From a virus (Duplodnaviria; Caudoviricetes): a DNA stretch of 64,000 nucleotides. The number at the start of each line of letters is the position of its first letter. The stretch's first letter is position 1. Shown here in pieces: positions 1 to 9,048 of this stretch. The notes below the pieces were generated by a model. The model was given only the letters and a program-made list of their open reading frames with translations. It searched no databases and had not been told where the DNA came from. The stretch lies in IMG/VR virus record IMGVR_UViG_2765235997_000001, positions 1-64,000 of that record, one strand, 5' to 3'. A program made the position numbers and the translations under genes.

Positions 1-24
1 GATTCGACCCTACGGCAGGGCCTG

Positions 25-47
25 TTGTCGGTGCCCGCCCGTAGACT
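25..47 (+). promoter_or_regulatory. PafBC/RecA-NDp-type DNA-damage promoter, leaderless
   Basis: TTGTCGGTG-N8-TAGACT, 6 nt before ATG at 54. Confidence 0.7.
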
Positions 48-53
48 TCGGGC

Positions 54-230
54 ATGCCTACTCTTCCTGCCCAGCCGCCGCGCGCCCGGTCGCTGGCTGT
101 CGTGAACGAGGAGATCCGGGCGCTGCAGGCGGACGGCGGGCTGGTCACGGCGGAGGGCCGCCGCCGGTATGAGGAGTTGTTGGTGGAGTGGGCTGCGGCT
201 GTTCGCGGCGACGTAACCGAAGCGGCATGA
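54..230 (+). CDS. small hypothetical protein (58 aa, MPTLPAQPPRARSLAVVNEEIRAL...)
   Basis: Read manually; ATG 54 to TGA 230, directly behind a well-formed promoter. Confidence 0.65.
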   Translation: MPTLPAQPPRARSLAVVNEEIRALQADGGLVTAEGRRRYEELLVEWAAAVRGDVTEAA

Positions 231-554
231 TCGCCTTCGCGGTGCTGCGAAAGTGATGGCCTGACCTGCTGGTTCCATCACTTTGCCACCACTGGCGCAG
301 TGATGCGGGAGCCCAGATCCACAACCTCGCCGCCTTGTGGGTGAGCTTGTGGTTCTGCCGCACGAAGAAGCACGAACGCCCGCCCCCGAGTGGAGGGCGG
401 GCGTAAGGCGAGCGTCTCCGGGGCCGGTTCCGTTCGGTGGACGTCCCCCTGTTGGGGCACCTTGCGGGTCCGGCTCCCGGCAGACGCGGCCCGCCCGGCT
501 TGGAGCCGACAGGTTCTCGGGTGCCACGGTTTCCCAGCATGGCAGACGGCCCGC

Positions 555-576
555 TGTCAGTGGTGCCGTTTAGGAT
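555..576 (+). promoter_or_regulatory. PafBC/RecA-NDp-type DNA-damage promoter, leaderless
   Basis: TGTCAGTG-N8-TAGGAT, 6 nt before GTG at 583. Confidence 0.7.
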
Positions 577-582
577 CCGGCC

Positions 583-816
583 GTGGCGAAACCGAGTGAG
601 AACCTGATCAACCTGTGCCGTGCTGCTGTCGAGGCGCACCGTGTGGCGACGGCCCAGCCGTACACCGTGGAGGGCTGGAAACCGTGGATGGACGCTGCGG
701 AAACGTTCCAAGCTGCCGTGACAGCCGAGACAGACCAGGAGCCGAAGCAGAACCGGTTCAAGCTGGAGCAAGCGGTCAAGCGCATCGTGCTCCACCCCGA
801 GCTGGACGAGAAGTAG
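583..816 (+). CDS. hypothetical protein (77 aa)
   Basis: Protein-like composition, promoter immediately upstream, GC hairpin downstream. Confidence 0.7.
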   Translation: MAKPSENLINLCRAAVEAHRVATAQPYTVEGWKPWMDAAETFQAAVTAETDQEPKQNRFKLEQAVKRIVLHPELDEK

Positions 817-1163
817 CCCGGACGCAGCCCCGCCCCCGTCCCGGGAGCAGCCGGGTTGGGGGCGGTGAGCAATCCCCTTGTTCGCGGGCCGTGGGCCCTG
901 GGGGTTGATGTGACAAGCCTACGGGTGGGCGCTGACAACGTGCGCTCGATCAGCCCCGGCGTGGCGAAGGCGGCCGAACTCAGGCTCGCCGCGCTCCCGC
1001 CGCCGGGCCTCGATTCGCGCGAGGACGGCAGGCAGTTCCTCTGGAGTCGGCAAGTCCCTTGAGTTCCGAAGCCCTCGGTGCGGGGCCTGTCGCTCCAGCT
1101 CCCCTGCGAGGCACAGCAGGTTCGCAGCGGTAGCCGCCTGGATGCGGCGCAGAAGCCAAGCCC

Positions 1164-1460
1164 TCACGATGTCCTCCTTGACCGTCGCATCACGCGCGTG
1201 AAGCCGATGTGGAAGCCGCCCTCGGGGTCCGGCATCCCCCAGTCCTCAACGGCCTTCCTGGGCGGGTGCGCACGCAGTCGTCGGGCGTAGGCAGTCATGC
1301 CTAGCGCTTCCGCTTCATCGGGGTCGGTGATCTGGCGGCCGGGCGACAGACGGACCAGCGCCTCGCCTGGGCGCGGCTTGTACGGCGGGAGCGTCCCACC
1401 ACGAGCCGGGCCAGGGACACCGAGGCGGCGCAGGGTGGCGGTCAGCAGGCGGCGGATCAC
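1164..1460 (-). CDS. hypothetical protein
   Basis: GGAGG RBS before GTG at 1460 within ORF 1164..1667. Confidence 0.5.
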   Translation of the reverse strand: MIRRLLTATLRRLGVPGPARGGTLPPYKPRPGEALVRLSPGRQITDPDEAEALGMTAYARRLRAHPPRKAVEDWGMPDPEGGFHIGFTRVMRRSRRTS

Positions 1461-1605
1461 GGTGTCCTCCTTGGGTGCCCCCGTCGACGGGGGAGGCGAC
1501 GGGGGCACTGCCAGTGTGGCAGGGCAGGCGGGGGCAGGGTGGGCGATACGCTGACACGGCGACGCCCCGGCCACTTGTCCTGGCCGGGGCGTCACGCTGT
1601 GCGGG

Positions 1606-1863
1606 CTACTGCTCGATGGTGTGGTGGGTGATGCCCATGTACGCCGCTGCGTCCGCCGGTTGGACACTGGAAACCCAGGTTCGGTACTCGCCCTTCCACA
1701 AGACCAGCCCGATGGTGTCGGTGACGGATACCTGGTAGTCGTAGCCGTCTTCGTCGTAGCGGATGGCTTCGAGGACGGCGCTCCGGCCGTGCATGTCGCC
1801 CAAGTTCAGGGACATGTCCGTGATGACGACCTTGTCGCCCGGGGCCACGTCGTGCTCGCTCAT
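1606..1863 (-). CDS. hypothetical protein
   Basis: ORF with RBS (GAGGA) before ATG 1863; same strand as upstream genes. Confidence 0.6.
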   Translation of the reverse strand: MSEHDVAPGDKVVITDMSLNLGDMHGRSAVLEAIRYDEDGYDYQVSVTDTIGLVLWKGEYRTWVSSVQPADAAAYMGITHHTIEQ

Positions 1864-1874
1864 GATCGTGGTCC

Positions 1875-2624
1875 TCACTGCTCGGTGGTGGGGTTGCCGA
1901 CCCATTCGACGCCGGACACAAGTCCGGTGGCAGGGGTGCCGACGAAGCTGGGGGCCCAGCCGTCGTCAATGAACTTGGCTGCCACGTCCTGGGGTACCCA
2001 GCGGTCGCCCTGCGCCGGGTCCGACATCCACCCAGCCAGGCCATCCGCCGAGTCGAACACGGGGCTGATCGGAGACCCCTCGCTGACCGTCTCCCACAGC
2101 TGCCAGCCTTCGCCTTCAGGTGGGTCGGTCGGTTCCCATGCCTCAGCCTCAGCGCGCTGGCCCTCGTACTTCTCGATGCTGCCGTGACCCTTGCATGCAT
2201 GGCAGACGCCCCACGCCTTCGGGTCAAGCCCGGCGGCTTCGACGATCTTCCGAGCAATTCGGTAGCCGTCCCCGCCCCGCAGTGGATTCAGGAGATGGCC
2301 CTTGTCCTGCCCAGTAAGACCGGCGAGGAGGTCGAGGATGTCCTCCGACGGACGTACCACCTGGTACTGGGCGTCGTTGGGCGGGTAGCTGTCCTGCGCT
2401 AGCCAGGGATGGAGGGGACGTCCGCGCTTCTGGTCGGCGATGTCGCTGCCGAGCATGTCCATCCTGCTGGCGAGGACTTGGAGCCATTCGGCGGCGGCGG
2501 TGTAGCCCCGGGTGCAGTCAGGGCAGCGGTCCTCATGCAGGCGGTCGGGGGTGAGGAACCCTTCCCAGACCTTGTTCTGCGGCCAGTCGAAGTTGAGCGG
2601 AACTCGTCGGACTTCACGTCCCAT
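1875..2624 (-). CDS. phage-type hypothetical protein with CxxC motifs
   Basis: 249 aa ORF with AAGGAGG RBS; CPDC and CHAC motifs. Confidence 0.75.
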   Translation of the reverse strand: MGREVRRVPLNFDWPQNKVWEGFLTPDRLHEDRCPDCTRGYTAAAEWLQVLASRMDMLGSDIADQKRGRPLHPWLAQDSYPPNDAQYQVVRPSEDILDLLAGLTGQDKGHLLNPLRGGDGYRIARKIVEAAGLDPKAWGVCHACKGHGSIEKYEGQRAEAEAWEPTDPPEGEGWQLWETVSEGSPISPVFDSADGLAGWMSDPAQGDRWVPQDVAAKFIDDGWAPSFVGTPATGLVSGVEWVGNPTTEQ

Positions 2625-2651
2625 GATCGTGCCTCCTTGTGGCGGGGTGGG

Positions 2652-3077
2652 TCACCAGTCGCGGGCGGGCTTGTTGGCGGCGTACTTGAAGGTCTCGACG
2701 AGGTCTTCGGGGATGAGGTAGCCGACGACCTTGCCGAAGCCGGGGCCTTGAGCCTGGATCGGCGACTCAAGGGTGTCCGGCCACCAGCCGCTTCGTGCGC
2801 CCCGGTCGACTGCCCGCTTGATGGCTGCGCTGTGGCCGCGAAGGCTGCTGTCCTCACCGCTGCGCAGGTCGTCGGCGGAGACGTAGCCGCCACGGTTGGC
2901 AGCTTCCTTGATGATGCGGCGCGCATTTGGTGGCAGGGCCAGGTAGAGGCGCTCGGCGCGCTCCTTGGTCCAGGCGGCGTCGGGTTCGATGTCGGCAGCG
3001 TGGTCGGCGAGCAGGGCCAGGAGCTTCTGCTGGAAGTCCTCGGTGGGCTGCTCGACGGTGATCGTGATCTTCACCAA
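2652..3077 (-). CDS. hypothetical protein, possibly winged-helix DNA-binding
   Basis: 141 aa ORF, GAGGA RBS, helical basic composition. Confidence 0.6.
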   Translation of the reverse strand: MVKITITVEQPTEDFQQKLLALLADHAADIEPDAAWTKERAERLYLALPPNARRIIKEAANRGGYVSADDLRSGEDSSLRGHSAAIKRAVDRGARSGWWPDTLESPIQAQGPGFGKVVGYLIPEDLVETFKYAANKPARDW

Positions 3078-3197
3078 TCCTCGTTTCTACAGACGTAAAT
3101 TAATGTCTGCCTAATGAGAGTAGCGCGGCACGACTCATCTGTCTGCCGTTAGCTCAGGTTAGTTTTGACTCCGCACGACCAAAGGGGCCGACCGCAC

Positions 3198-3218
3198 TAG
3201 ACTCGAACGCATGTACGA
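3198..3218 (+). promoter_or_regulatory. -10 element (TAGACT) and LexA SOS box overlapping a leaderless start
   Basis: TCGAAC-GCAT-GTACGA (3203-3218) versus actinobacterial consensus TCGAAC-N4-GTTCGA, 1 mismatch. Confidence 0.65.
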
Positions 3219-3570
3219 CCTGCCGCCCGACCTCGACCGCCTCCGCACCCTGGAAACCTGGCTCACCCTCACCCTCGACCGAGTCCGGCAGCAGATCAAA
3301 ACCCTCGAACAGCGGCAGCAGCCCCAGCAGCCCGCACCCCAGCCCCCGCCCGCACCGCCACCAAGACCACGCACCCCCGACTGGGGCATCACCGAAGCAG
3401 GCATCGGCACACCCACCACCGAAATCCACCGAGGCAACTGCTGGGCAGCAGGGAAAACCCTCACCCCCATCACCGCAGAACGCGCCCGCAACGAACTCGC
3501 CGACGGAGCGAAATCCTGCGACGCATGCCGCCCAGACAGGCCACTCGGCATGCCGCCACCACAACCCTGA
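3211..3570 (+). CDS. DUF6233-like protein
   Basis: LPPDLDRLRTLETWL N-terminus; HxGxC...CDACRPD zinc-type motif. Confidence 0.7.
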   Translation: MYDLPPDLDRLRTLETWLTLTLDRVRQQIKTLEQRQQPQQPAPQPPPAPPPRPRTPDWGITEAGIGTPTTEIHRGNCWAAGKTLTPITAERARNELADGAKSCDACRPDRPLGMPPPQP

Positions 3571-3584
3571 CGCACCCTGACCAC

Positions 3585-4454
3585 GTGGAATACCCCGTCA
3601 AGCCAGCCCTCGCCCAAGCCGTACCCGTCATCCCCGACGGGCCCGGCTGGTGGTACGAGCCCAAGTTCGACGGGCACCGCACCATCCTCAGACGCACCGA
3701 GGAGACGGTGATCCTGTACGCCCGCTCCGGCCGAGTCGTCACCAGCCACTGGATGGACCTCGCCGTCGCCGGGATGGGACTCCAGCCAGGAACCACACTG
3801 GATGGCGAGGCGGTCATCTGGCGAAACGGGCGCATCGACTTCGGGGCCGCCCAATCCCGGGCCGCATCCTCCGTCACCCGGGCCAGGGCGCTTGCCGCAC
3901 AACACCCCGCCAGCTACGCCGTCTGGGACGTCCTGGAGCACCCCGAGCCCGGGCAGACCACCGGACTCCCCTATACGGAGAGACGCGCGATCCTCCTCGG
4001 CCTGCTCCATGACATCCCGCCCCCCATCCAGGCCGTGCCCGCCACCGACGACCGGAACGTCGCCGTCGCCTGGTACGAGGGGCTCCAGGAGCAGGGGATC
4101 GAAGGGGTCGTCTGTAAAAAGGGGGCGGCCGGTTACCCCGCTGGCCGCCGAAACTGGATCAAGGTGAGGACGGCTGACACCGAGGACGCGCTCGTCGTCG
4201 GCTACCTCGGGCCCCGGCGCCGGCCCCACCGGCTCGCACTCGCCATCGGCGACGAAGGCGGGCCAATCCGGCTGTCCGCCCGGCTCGAACCCGTACTCGC
4301 CGGCAGGATCGCTGAGGCGCTCACCGCGGCCACCGTTGTCGGGGAGCGGCGGGCCGAAGGAGAGACGTACACGCGGGTCGATGGCGACCTCGTCGTCGAA
4401 GTGCTCGCCAGCTCCGGCAGGCACGCAACGCTCACCGTAACCCGCATGCGATAG
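3585..4454 (+). CDS. ATP-dependent DNA ligase (minimal LigC/LigD-like)
   Basis: EPKFDGHR active-site motif I, LDGE, WDVL, EGVVCK, WIKVR. Confidence 0.9.
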   Translation: MEYPVKPALAQAVPVIPDGPGWWYEPKFDGHRTILRRTEETVILYARSGRVVTSHWMDLAVAGMGLQPGTTLDGEAVIWRNGRIDFGAAQSRAASSVTRARALAAQHPASYAVWDVLEHPEPGQTTGLPYTERRAILLGLLHDIPPPIQAVPATDDRNVAVAWYEGLQEQGIEGVVCKKGAAGYPAGRRNWIKVRTADTEDALVVGYLGPRRRPHRLALAIGDEGGPIRLSARLEPVLAGRIAEALTAATVVGERRAEGETYTRVDGDLVVEVLASSGRHATLTVTRMR

Positions 4455-4480
4455 CAGCCGGTCGGGAGCACCCTGGACGT

Positions 4481-4690
4481 ATGGCCGCGCCCATCGTCAT
4501 ACACCGCCCCTCCCCCAGCGGCGGCCGGCGAGTCACCATCCAAGGGCAGATCGCCGGGCTCGCGTACACCGACGCCGACGTCATCGAATTCCTCCGCCGG
4601 GCCGGGCTCCCCGATGCTGACAACCTCCTCGACCAGGGCGACTGGGTCGAATGGCGCGGCGGCAGGGCGCACCAATACGAAGCGGCATAG
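4481..4690 (+). CDS. small hypothetical protein downstream of the ligase
   Basis: 69 aa ORF followed by a hairpin. Confidence 0.65.
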   Translation: MAAPIVIHRPSPSGGRRVTIQGQIAGLAYTDADVIEFLRRAGLPDADNLLDQGDWVEWRGGRAHQYEAA

Positions 4691-4693
4691 AAA

Positions 4694-4724
4694 CGCCCTC
4701 CCCCAGCCGAGCCGAGGGAGGGCG
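4694..4724. terminator. bidirectional hairpin terminator
   Basis: CGCCCTCCC...GGGAGGGCG between convergent genes. Confidence 0.55.
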
Positions 4725-4735
4725 CGTGCAGCAGG

Positions 4736-5389
4736 TCAGGCGACGGGCTCGTACTCCACGGTCTCCTGACCACATCCCTCTGCGAGCTCGGCCAGGGCGA
4801 CGGCCTCCGGCTGGTCCACCGACAGGCCCCAGCGGAGCTTCGTCGATACCCAGTCCGCGGCGTAGGTGCAACGGGCGTCGGCCAGCGGCGGCAGCCACTC
4901 CGCCGGGTCCTGGTCGCTCTTGGACCTGTTCGTCTTCGCGGTCACCGCGACCAGCGAGCGCTCGGACCCCAGGTCGTTCGCGTAGGCCTGACGGCGCTCC
5001 GCAGTCCAGCCGGAGGCCCCGGAATCCCAGGCCTCGGCGAGCGGAACCATGTGGTCAATGTCCAGGCCACCGGGGGCCGTGAGCGTGACCGCGTCGTAGT
5101 AGCTGAACCACTCGCCGCCGGTCACCTTGCAGGCACCCTCGATCGTCGGCTCCACCCTCGACTCGGCGATCAGGACTTCCATGCGGGTGTTGCAGGAGTC
5201 GCGGTCCTCGTCGACCCAGTGCTTGAAGCTGGTGCGCTGGTAGCCCTCGCGGGACTCGGCGGCGAGCGGGAGCTCCTGGATGGCATCGGCCAGCGGGAGG
5301 GCTTCAACGGCCTGCGCGGGGGCGGCGGAGAGAAGGGGCAGGACAGCGAGAGCGGCGGCAGCGAGCCCCCGCAGAGATTTAGTGATCAT
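4736..5389 (-). CDS. secreted HNH/DUF1524-family nuclease
   Basis: Signal peptide (AQA cleavage); DIDHMVPLAEAW and NRSKSD motifs. Confidence 0.85.
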   Translation of the reverse strand: MITKSLRGLAAAALAVLPLLSAAPAQAVEALPLADAIQELPLAAESREGYQRTSFKHWVDEDRDSCNTRMEVLIAESRVEPTIEGACKVTGGEWFSYYDAVTLTAPGGLDIDHMVPLAEAWDSGASGWTAERRQAYANDLGSERSLVAVTAKTNRSKSDQDPAEWLPPLADARCTYAADWVSTKLRWGLSVDQPEAVALAELAEGCGQETVEYEPVA

Positions 5390-5587
5390 GGTGCCTTGCT
5401 ACCGGTCCGACGCCGCCGACCAGCGCTGAACCGCAGCCGCTTCACCCTGCCGAGTGGGAAGTCGTACCGCGCACCAATTGCCCCCTCAGGCGCATCACCA
5501 GTAAGCGGGAGGCTTACACCACGTGCGATCGATCACACTCCGCTTATCAACTATCACTTAACGTGCCCAACTGGCTACGCTCACCCC

Positions 5588-5911
5588 GTGAACGATGAGC
5601 AGGAACAGCCCGCCGACGAAGTGATCATCTGGGGATACAAGTACACGTGCAAGAAGTGCGAAGCACACCGCCCGACCCGCGAGACCATCGCAGCTGCCCA
5701 AGAGGATCAACTCGAACATCGCAACCGGACGCACAGCGGCATGCAGCCCGACCTCGGCGACCCGGTCGAGAAGGTCGAACTCCGTCGCGAGCCGCCCCCC
5801 AATGAGCCAACGTCCGACCTGGCGGCCTCAAAGGAAGGCGAGTCAAGCGGCGGAGGCGGCTGGATGCTCCTCGTAGTCATCCTCGTCATCGCCTACCTGG
5901 CATCCAAGTAG
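5588..5911 (+). CDS. hypothetical Zn-finger protein with C-terminal TM helix
   Basis: CKKC...HRNRTH motif and hydrophobic tail; GTG 5588. Confidence 0.55.
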   Translation: MNDEQEQPADEVIIWGYKYTCKKCEAHRPTRETIAAAQEDQLEHRNRTHSGMQPDLGDPVEKVELRREPPPNEPTSDLAASKEGESSGGGGWMLLVVILVIAYLASK

Positions 5912-6090
5912 ATCCAGGCAGCCGCGAAGCCTCCCGTGGGGAGCCGGGAGGAGCGGCAGGCCCCGCCCGCGACGGGGATCCAGACAGGCGGAGCCTGAGC
6001 AGATCCACACCCTCGGGATGAGGAGCTGCGAGAACCACGATGCACCCGAACCGGCCACGGGGATAGATGCGTGACCGGAAACGGTTGGCG

Positions 6091-6567
6091 TTACTTCGGC
6101 TGGGAGAGGTCGTCCGTTATCAGCGTCATGCCGAGAGTGGCAGCACCGACCGTGATGGCGCTGATCCCCCAGCAGTCCGAGTTCGGATCATCGGCCGCCG
6201 GATCGCCCTGGCATCCCTCGTCCACGTACTTGTCCGTTGCCGCCTGCATTTTCGCGATCTGCTTCGTCGACTCTGGATACGGGCCGCGCCCTTGAGCCTC
6301 GATCTCACTCTCTAGCTCGTTCGCGACGATCATGATGTCGGTGAGGGCCTCGGCACAGGCCTTGCTGCTAGGTGTCTGGCAGGTAGCCGCAGCACCCTCA
6401 GCAGCAGCATCAAGCTTCGGCTGCCAGACGGGCGCCAAGGCGGACAGCTTGCTCGCCGTCGGCGTCGGCTTGACGCTCGACGCCTTCGCATCCGGCTCCT
6501 GCCCGCCCGAGCATGCGGCGAGCGAGGCCGTCAGTAGTGCAGTGACGGTGAGCGCGCGGATCTTCAT
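6091..6567 (-). CDS. lipoprotein
   Basis: Signal peptide with lipobox LAAC. Confidence 0.75.
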   Translation of the reverse strand: MKIRALTVTALLTASLAACSGGQEPDAKASSVKPTPTASKLSALAPVWQPKLDAAAEGAAATCQTPSSKACAEALTDIMIVANELESEIEAQGRGPYPESTKQIAKMQAATDKYVDEGCQGDPAADDPNSDCWGISAITVGAATLGMTLITDDLSQPK

Positions 6568-7096
6568 GAGTCCCCCTGCGAGATACGGAAACGACCGACA
6601 ATGTCGCCAAAGAGTGCCTCAGCAGCGTCGACATGCGCAGCGTTTCGCTGGCCTGTGTTGGGGGCGGACAGCGTAAACCGTCCCACGGTGAGCCGTACTG
6701 CTCCTCGACCCCGAGCATCACCGCCGGAGGACGCTCTCGGTAGGCGGCAAACACTGGCGCGTCACCCAGGCCCTCCGCCGTGTTGCAGCTGGTACACAGC
6801 AAGCCGCGGATGAGGCCGCTTAGGTGGCAGTGGTCGACAAGCAGGCGTTCCGGGCGAGCGCTGCACAGGGCGCACGCTCCGGCCTGCCACCGGCGAAGCG
6901 CCTGCGTGGCGGAGAGGTGCGGTGGCACCTCTCCAGAAGGGATTTTCCACCTATGACAAGACGGGACACCTTGGCGATCAAGGATCTCCGCTTCAGCAAA
7001 GGACGGACGATTCCTCGTTGCATCCCCGAGCCACTTTCGCTCAACGTCGCCCTGACGGCGCACCTCCCCCATCGCCCACTCGTGGTCGCCGCTCAC
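6410..7096 (-). CDS. endonuclease VII domain protein (3' end uncertain)
   Basis: CALC...VDHCH...IRGLLCTSCN motif; start overlaps resolvase stop; ORF tail overlaps the lipoprotein gene. Confidence 0.75.
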   Translation of the reverse strand: MSGDHEWAMGEVRRQGDVERKWLGDATRNRPSFAEAEILDRQGVPSCHRWKIPSGEVPPHLSATQALRRWQAGACALCSARPERLLVDHCHLSGLIRGLLCTSCNTAEGLGDAPVFAAYRERPPAVMLGVEEQYGSPWDGLRCPPPTQASETLRMSTLLRHSLATLSVVSVSRRGTHEDPRAHRHCTTDGLARRMLGRAGAGCEGVERQADADGEQAVRLGARLAAEA

Positions 7097-7749
7097 GAGC
7101 TCTCCAGTTCTGCACGCGATGCGGCCGCCATTGTCGGCCGATGGCCTGCCCGAAGCTCCGGCACGTACTTGTAAATCGTGGTGCGGCTGACGCCGAGGAG
7201 CTTGGCGATCGAACTGATCGACGCCTCCGGGTCGGCGAGCATAGAGCGGGCGTGCCGGATCTGCTCCTCCGTCATCGCCGGCGGCCTGCCGAGTCGCTGC
7301 CCGCGGGCCCGTGCGGCGGCCAGGCCCTCGTGGGTGCCCTGGATGATGAGCTCGCGGATGAACTCGGCGAGTGCGGCGAAGACGTGGAAGACGAGCCGGC
7401 CGCCCGGCGTGGTGGTGTCGAGAGCCTCATGCAGCGAGCGAAAGCCGATGCCGCGCTTCCGCAGTCCGGCGACGATGGTGATGAGGTCTTGGATGGACCG
7501 GCCGAGTCGGTCCAGTGACGGCACGACGAGGGTGTCCCCTTCGCGCAGGTAGTCGAGGGCCTTCCAGAGCTCTTCGCGCTCTGTGTTCTTGCCGGACTTC
7601 TTGTCGGAGAAGGTCCGTTGGCAACCTGCGGCTTCGAGGGCGGCGATCTGGCGGTCGAGCTTCTGGCCCTTGGTGCTGACGCGGGCGTAGCCGATGAGCG
7701 CGCCTCCGCCTCCGACGGGGTCAAGGAGGTCTTGGGTGTCGAGGTCCAT
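7093..7749 (-). CDS. serine recombinase (resolvase/invertase family) with C-terminal HTH
   Basis: GYARVST, SLDRLGRS, GRLVFHVFAALAEFIRELI, GRPP and HTH. Confidence 0.95.
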   Translation of the reverse strand: MDLDTQDLLDPVGGGGALIGYARVSTKGQKLDRQIAALEAAGCQRTFSDKKSGKNTEREELWKALDYLREGDTLVVPSLDRLGRSIQDLITIVAGLRKRGIGFRSLHEALDTTTPGGRLVFHVFAALAEFIRELIIQGTHEGLAAARARGQRLGRPPAMTEEQIRHARSMLADPEASISSIAKLLGVSRTTIYKYVPELRAGHRPTMAAASRAELESS

Positions 7750-7756
7750 ACCTCAT

Positions 7757-7820
7757 TGTCCAGCAAAGGGTGGTGGACTGTATATGGACATTGAGACTTT
7801 CTGTACACCCTTTTTGGACA
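7757..7820. repeat. inverted repeat, candidate res site
   Basis: TGTCCAGCAAAGGGTG (7757-7772) / CACCCTTTTTGGACA (7806-7820) upstream of the resolvase. Confidence 0.6.
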
Positions 7821-8044
7821 ACCGCACGGGCCGCTATGCCCGTTTCGACCCCCAACTGTTCAAGTAGCCAGCAATCGATCGATTGATGGACAGTCACGTA
7901 CCGCAACGCCACAGGGCGACCCTCAGAAGCAGCGCCCCAGCAGACGTTATGCGCTACTCCAGTCCGAGCCGGCCGCCACAGGGCACGGAGAGCGGAGGCC
8001 TCCCAGCGCGCTACTGTCCCCCGAAGGCACGGACGCGTTGGGAG

Positions 8045-8173
8045 ATGCCAGTGGACCGGGATGAACTCAAGGCCGAGATCGAGGAACTGATGCGCCAGTA
8101 CGAAGTAAGGGAGATCGACGGCCCGACCTACTTCCAGAAGATGATGGAGCTGACTACCTCCGCGCAGGAGTAG
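8045..8173 (+). CDS. small acidic hypothetical protein
   Basis: MPVDRDELKAEIEELMRQY..., with GC3 bias. Confidence 0.45.
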   Translation: MPVDRDELKAEIEELMRQYEVREIDGPTYFQKMMELTTSAQE

Positions 8174-8260
8174 CGCTGGGCGAGGCTCCGGCCCACTCGC
8201 CACGAGCGCCGAAGCGGGCCCGCCCTCGGATGAGAGCGGGGCGCAGGCGTGTTCGGGCAG

Positions 8261-8282
8261 TGTCAGCGTTCGCGGCTAGAGT
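8261..8282 (+). promoter_or_regulatory. PafBC-like promoter
   Basis: TGTCAG-N10-TAGAGT, 8 nt before ATG 8291. Confidence 0.5.
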
Positions 8283-8290
8283 CCCGGCGC

Positions 8291-8932
8291 ATGAGCATCC
8301 CCTGGGGCGACATCGCCACATACACCACTGCCGGGGCCGGCCTGGTCATCTCCCTCGCGGCGTGGCGGGTCGCGGCCCGATCCGCGGACGAGGCCAAGCG
8401 CTCCGCCGACTCTGCCGAGGACGTCGCCCGGATCGAGCGCGAACGGTGGCACTCCGACCAATCCCCAGTCTTCACGGCAAAACTGAAGGAGGAGAGCGGC
8501 CGGGCGAAGCTGGACTTCCAACTCGTCGGCCCGCTCAGCCTTCAGCGCCTTGACCGCATCGAGCTCGCCATCGCCAACAGCGACGACCTTGTGCGTACTG
8601 CCCGGCTCGCCGGTAGCCGCCCCCAGGAGGAGCTCGACGCCCAGGTCTGGGGCCCGTGGCGATTCGGCGCCAGCGCGGATGGTGCCGACGCGACCGGCAA
8701 GACGATCGAGCCATTCGACCTGGAGGTGGGCCGCGGTAGACCGTTCACGCTGGAGCGGACGAGGCCGCCACATTGGCAGGAGGGGGCCGACCGGGATCAG
8801 CGGTGGGCCGAGCAGTTCGCGGGCAAGCCAGTACGCCTGGTGGCCCGCTGCCAGAAGGACGGCGTGGACCCGTGGGTTGTGCCCATCGATGTCGAGATGC
8901 CTGCGCCTCCTCCGCTGATGGCTCTGGTCTAG
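8291..8932 (+). CDS. membrane-anchored hypothetical protein
   Basis: N-terminal TM helix followed by a soluble domain. Confidence 0.7.
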   Translation: MSIPWGDIATYTTAGAGLVISLAAWRVAARSADEAKRSADSAEDVARIERERWHSDQSPVFTAKLKEESGRAKLDFQLVGPLSLQRLDRIELAIANSDDLVRTARLAGSRPQEELDAQVWGPWRFGASADGADATGKTIEPFDLEVGRGRPFTLERTRPPHWQEGADRDQRWAEQFAGKPVRLVARCQKDGVDPWVVPIDVEMPAPPPLMALV

Positions 8933-9048
8933 CGCCACCTCTCCCCCGCTGTTTGGTCACAACTCCGTCACCACCGGAACAAGAAGCTCCCCTGGTCGTA
9001 GTCGGGTGGCTACGGTCAGGCATTCACGAACCGCACGTAGGGGGACAC

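Noticed and set aside
7093-7749. Prophage integrase
   Set aside because: 218-aa small resolvase lacking the large recombinase and Zn domains of serine integrases
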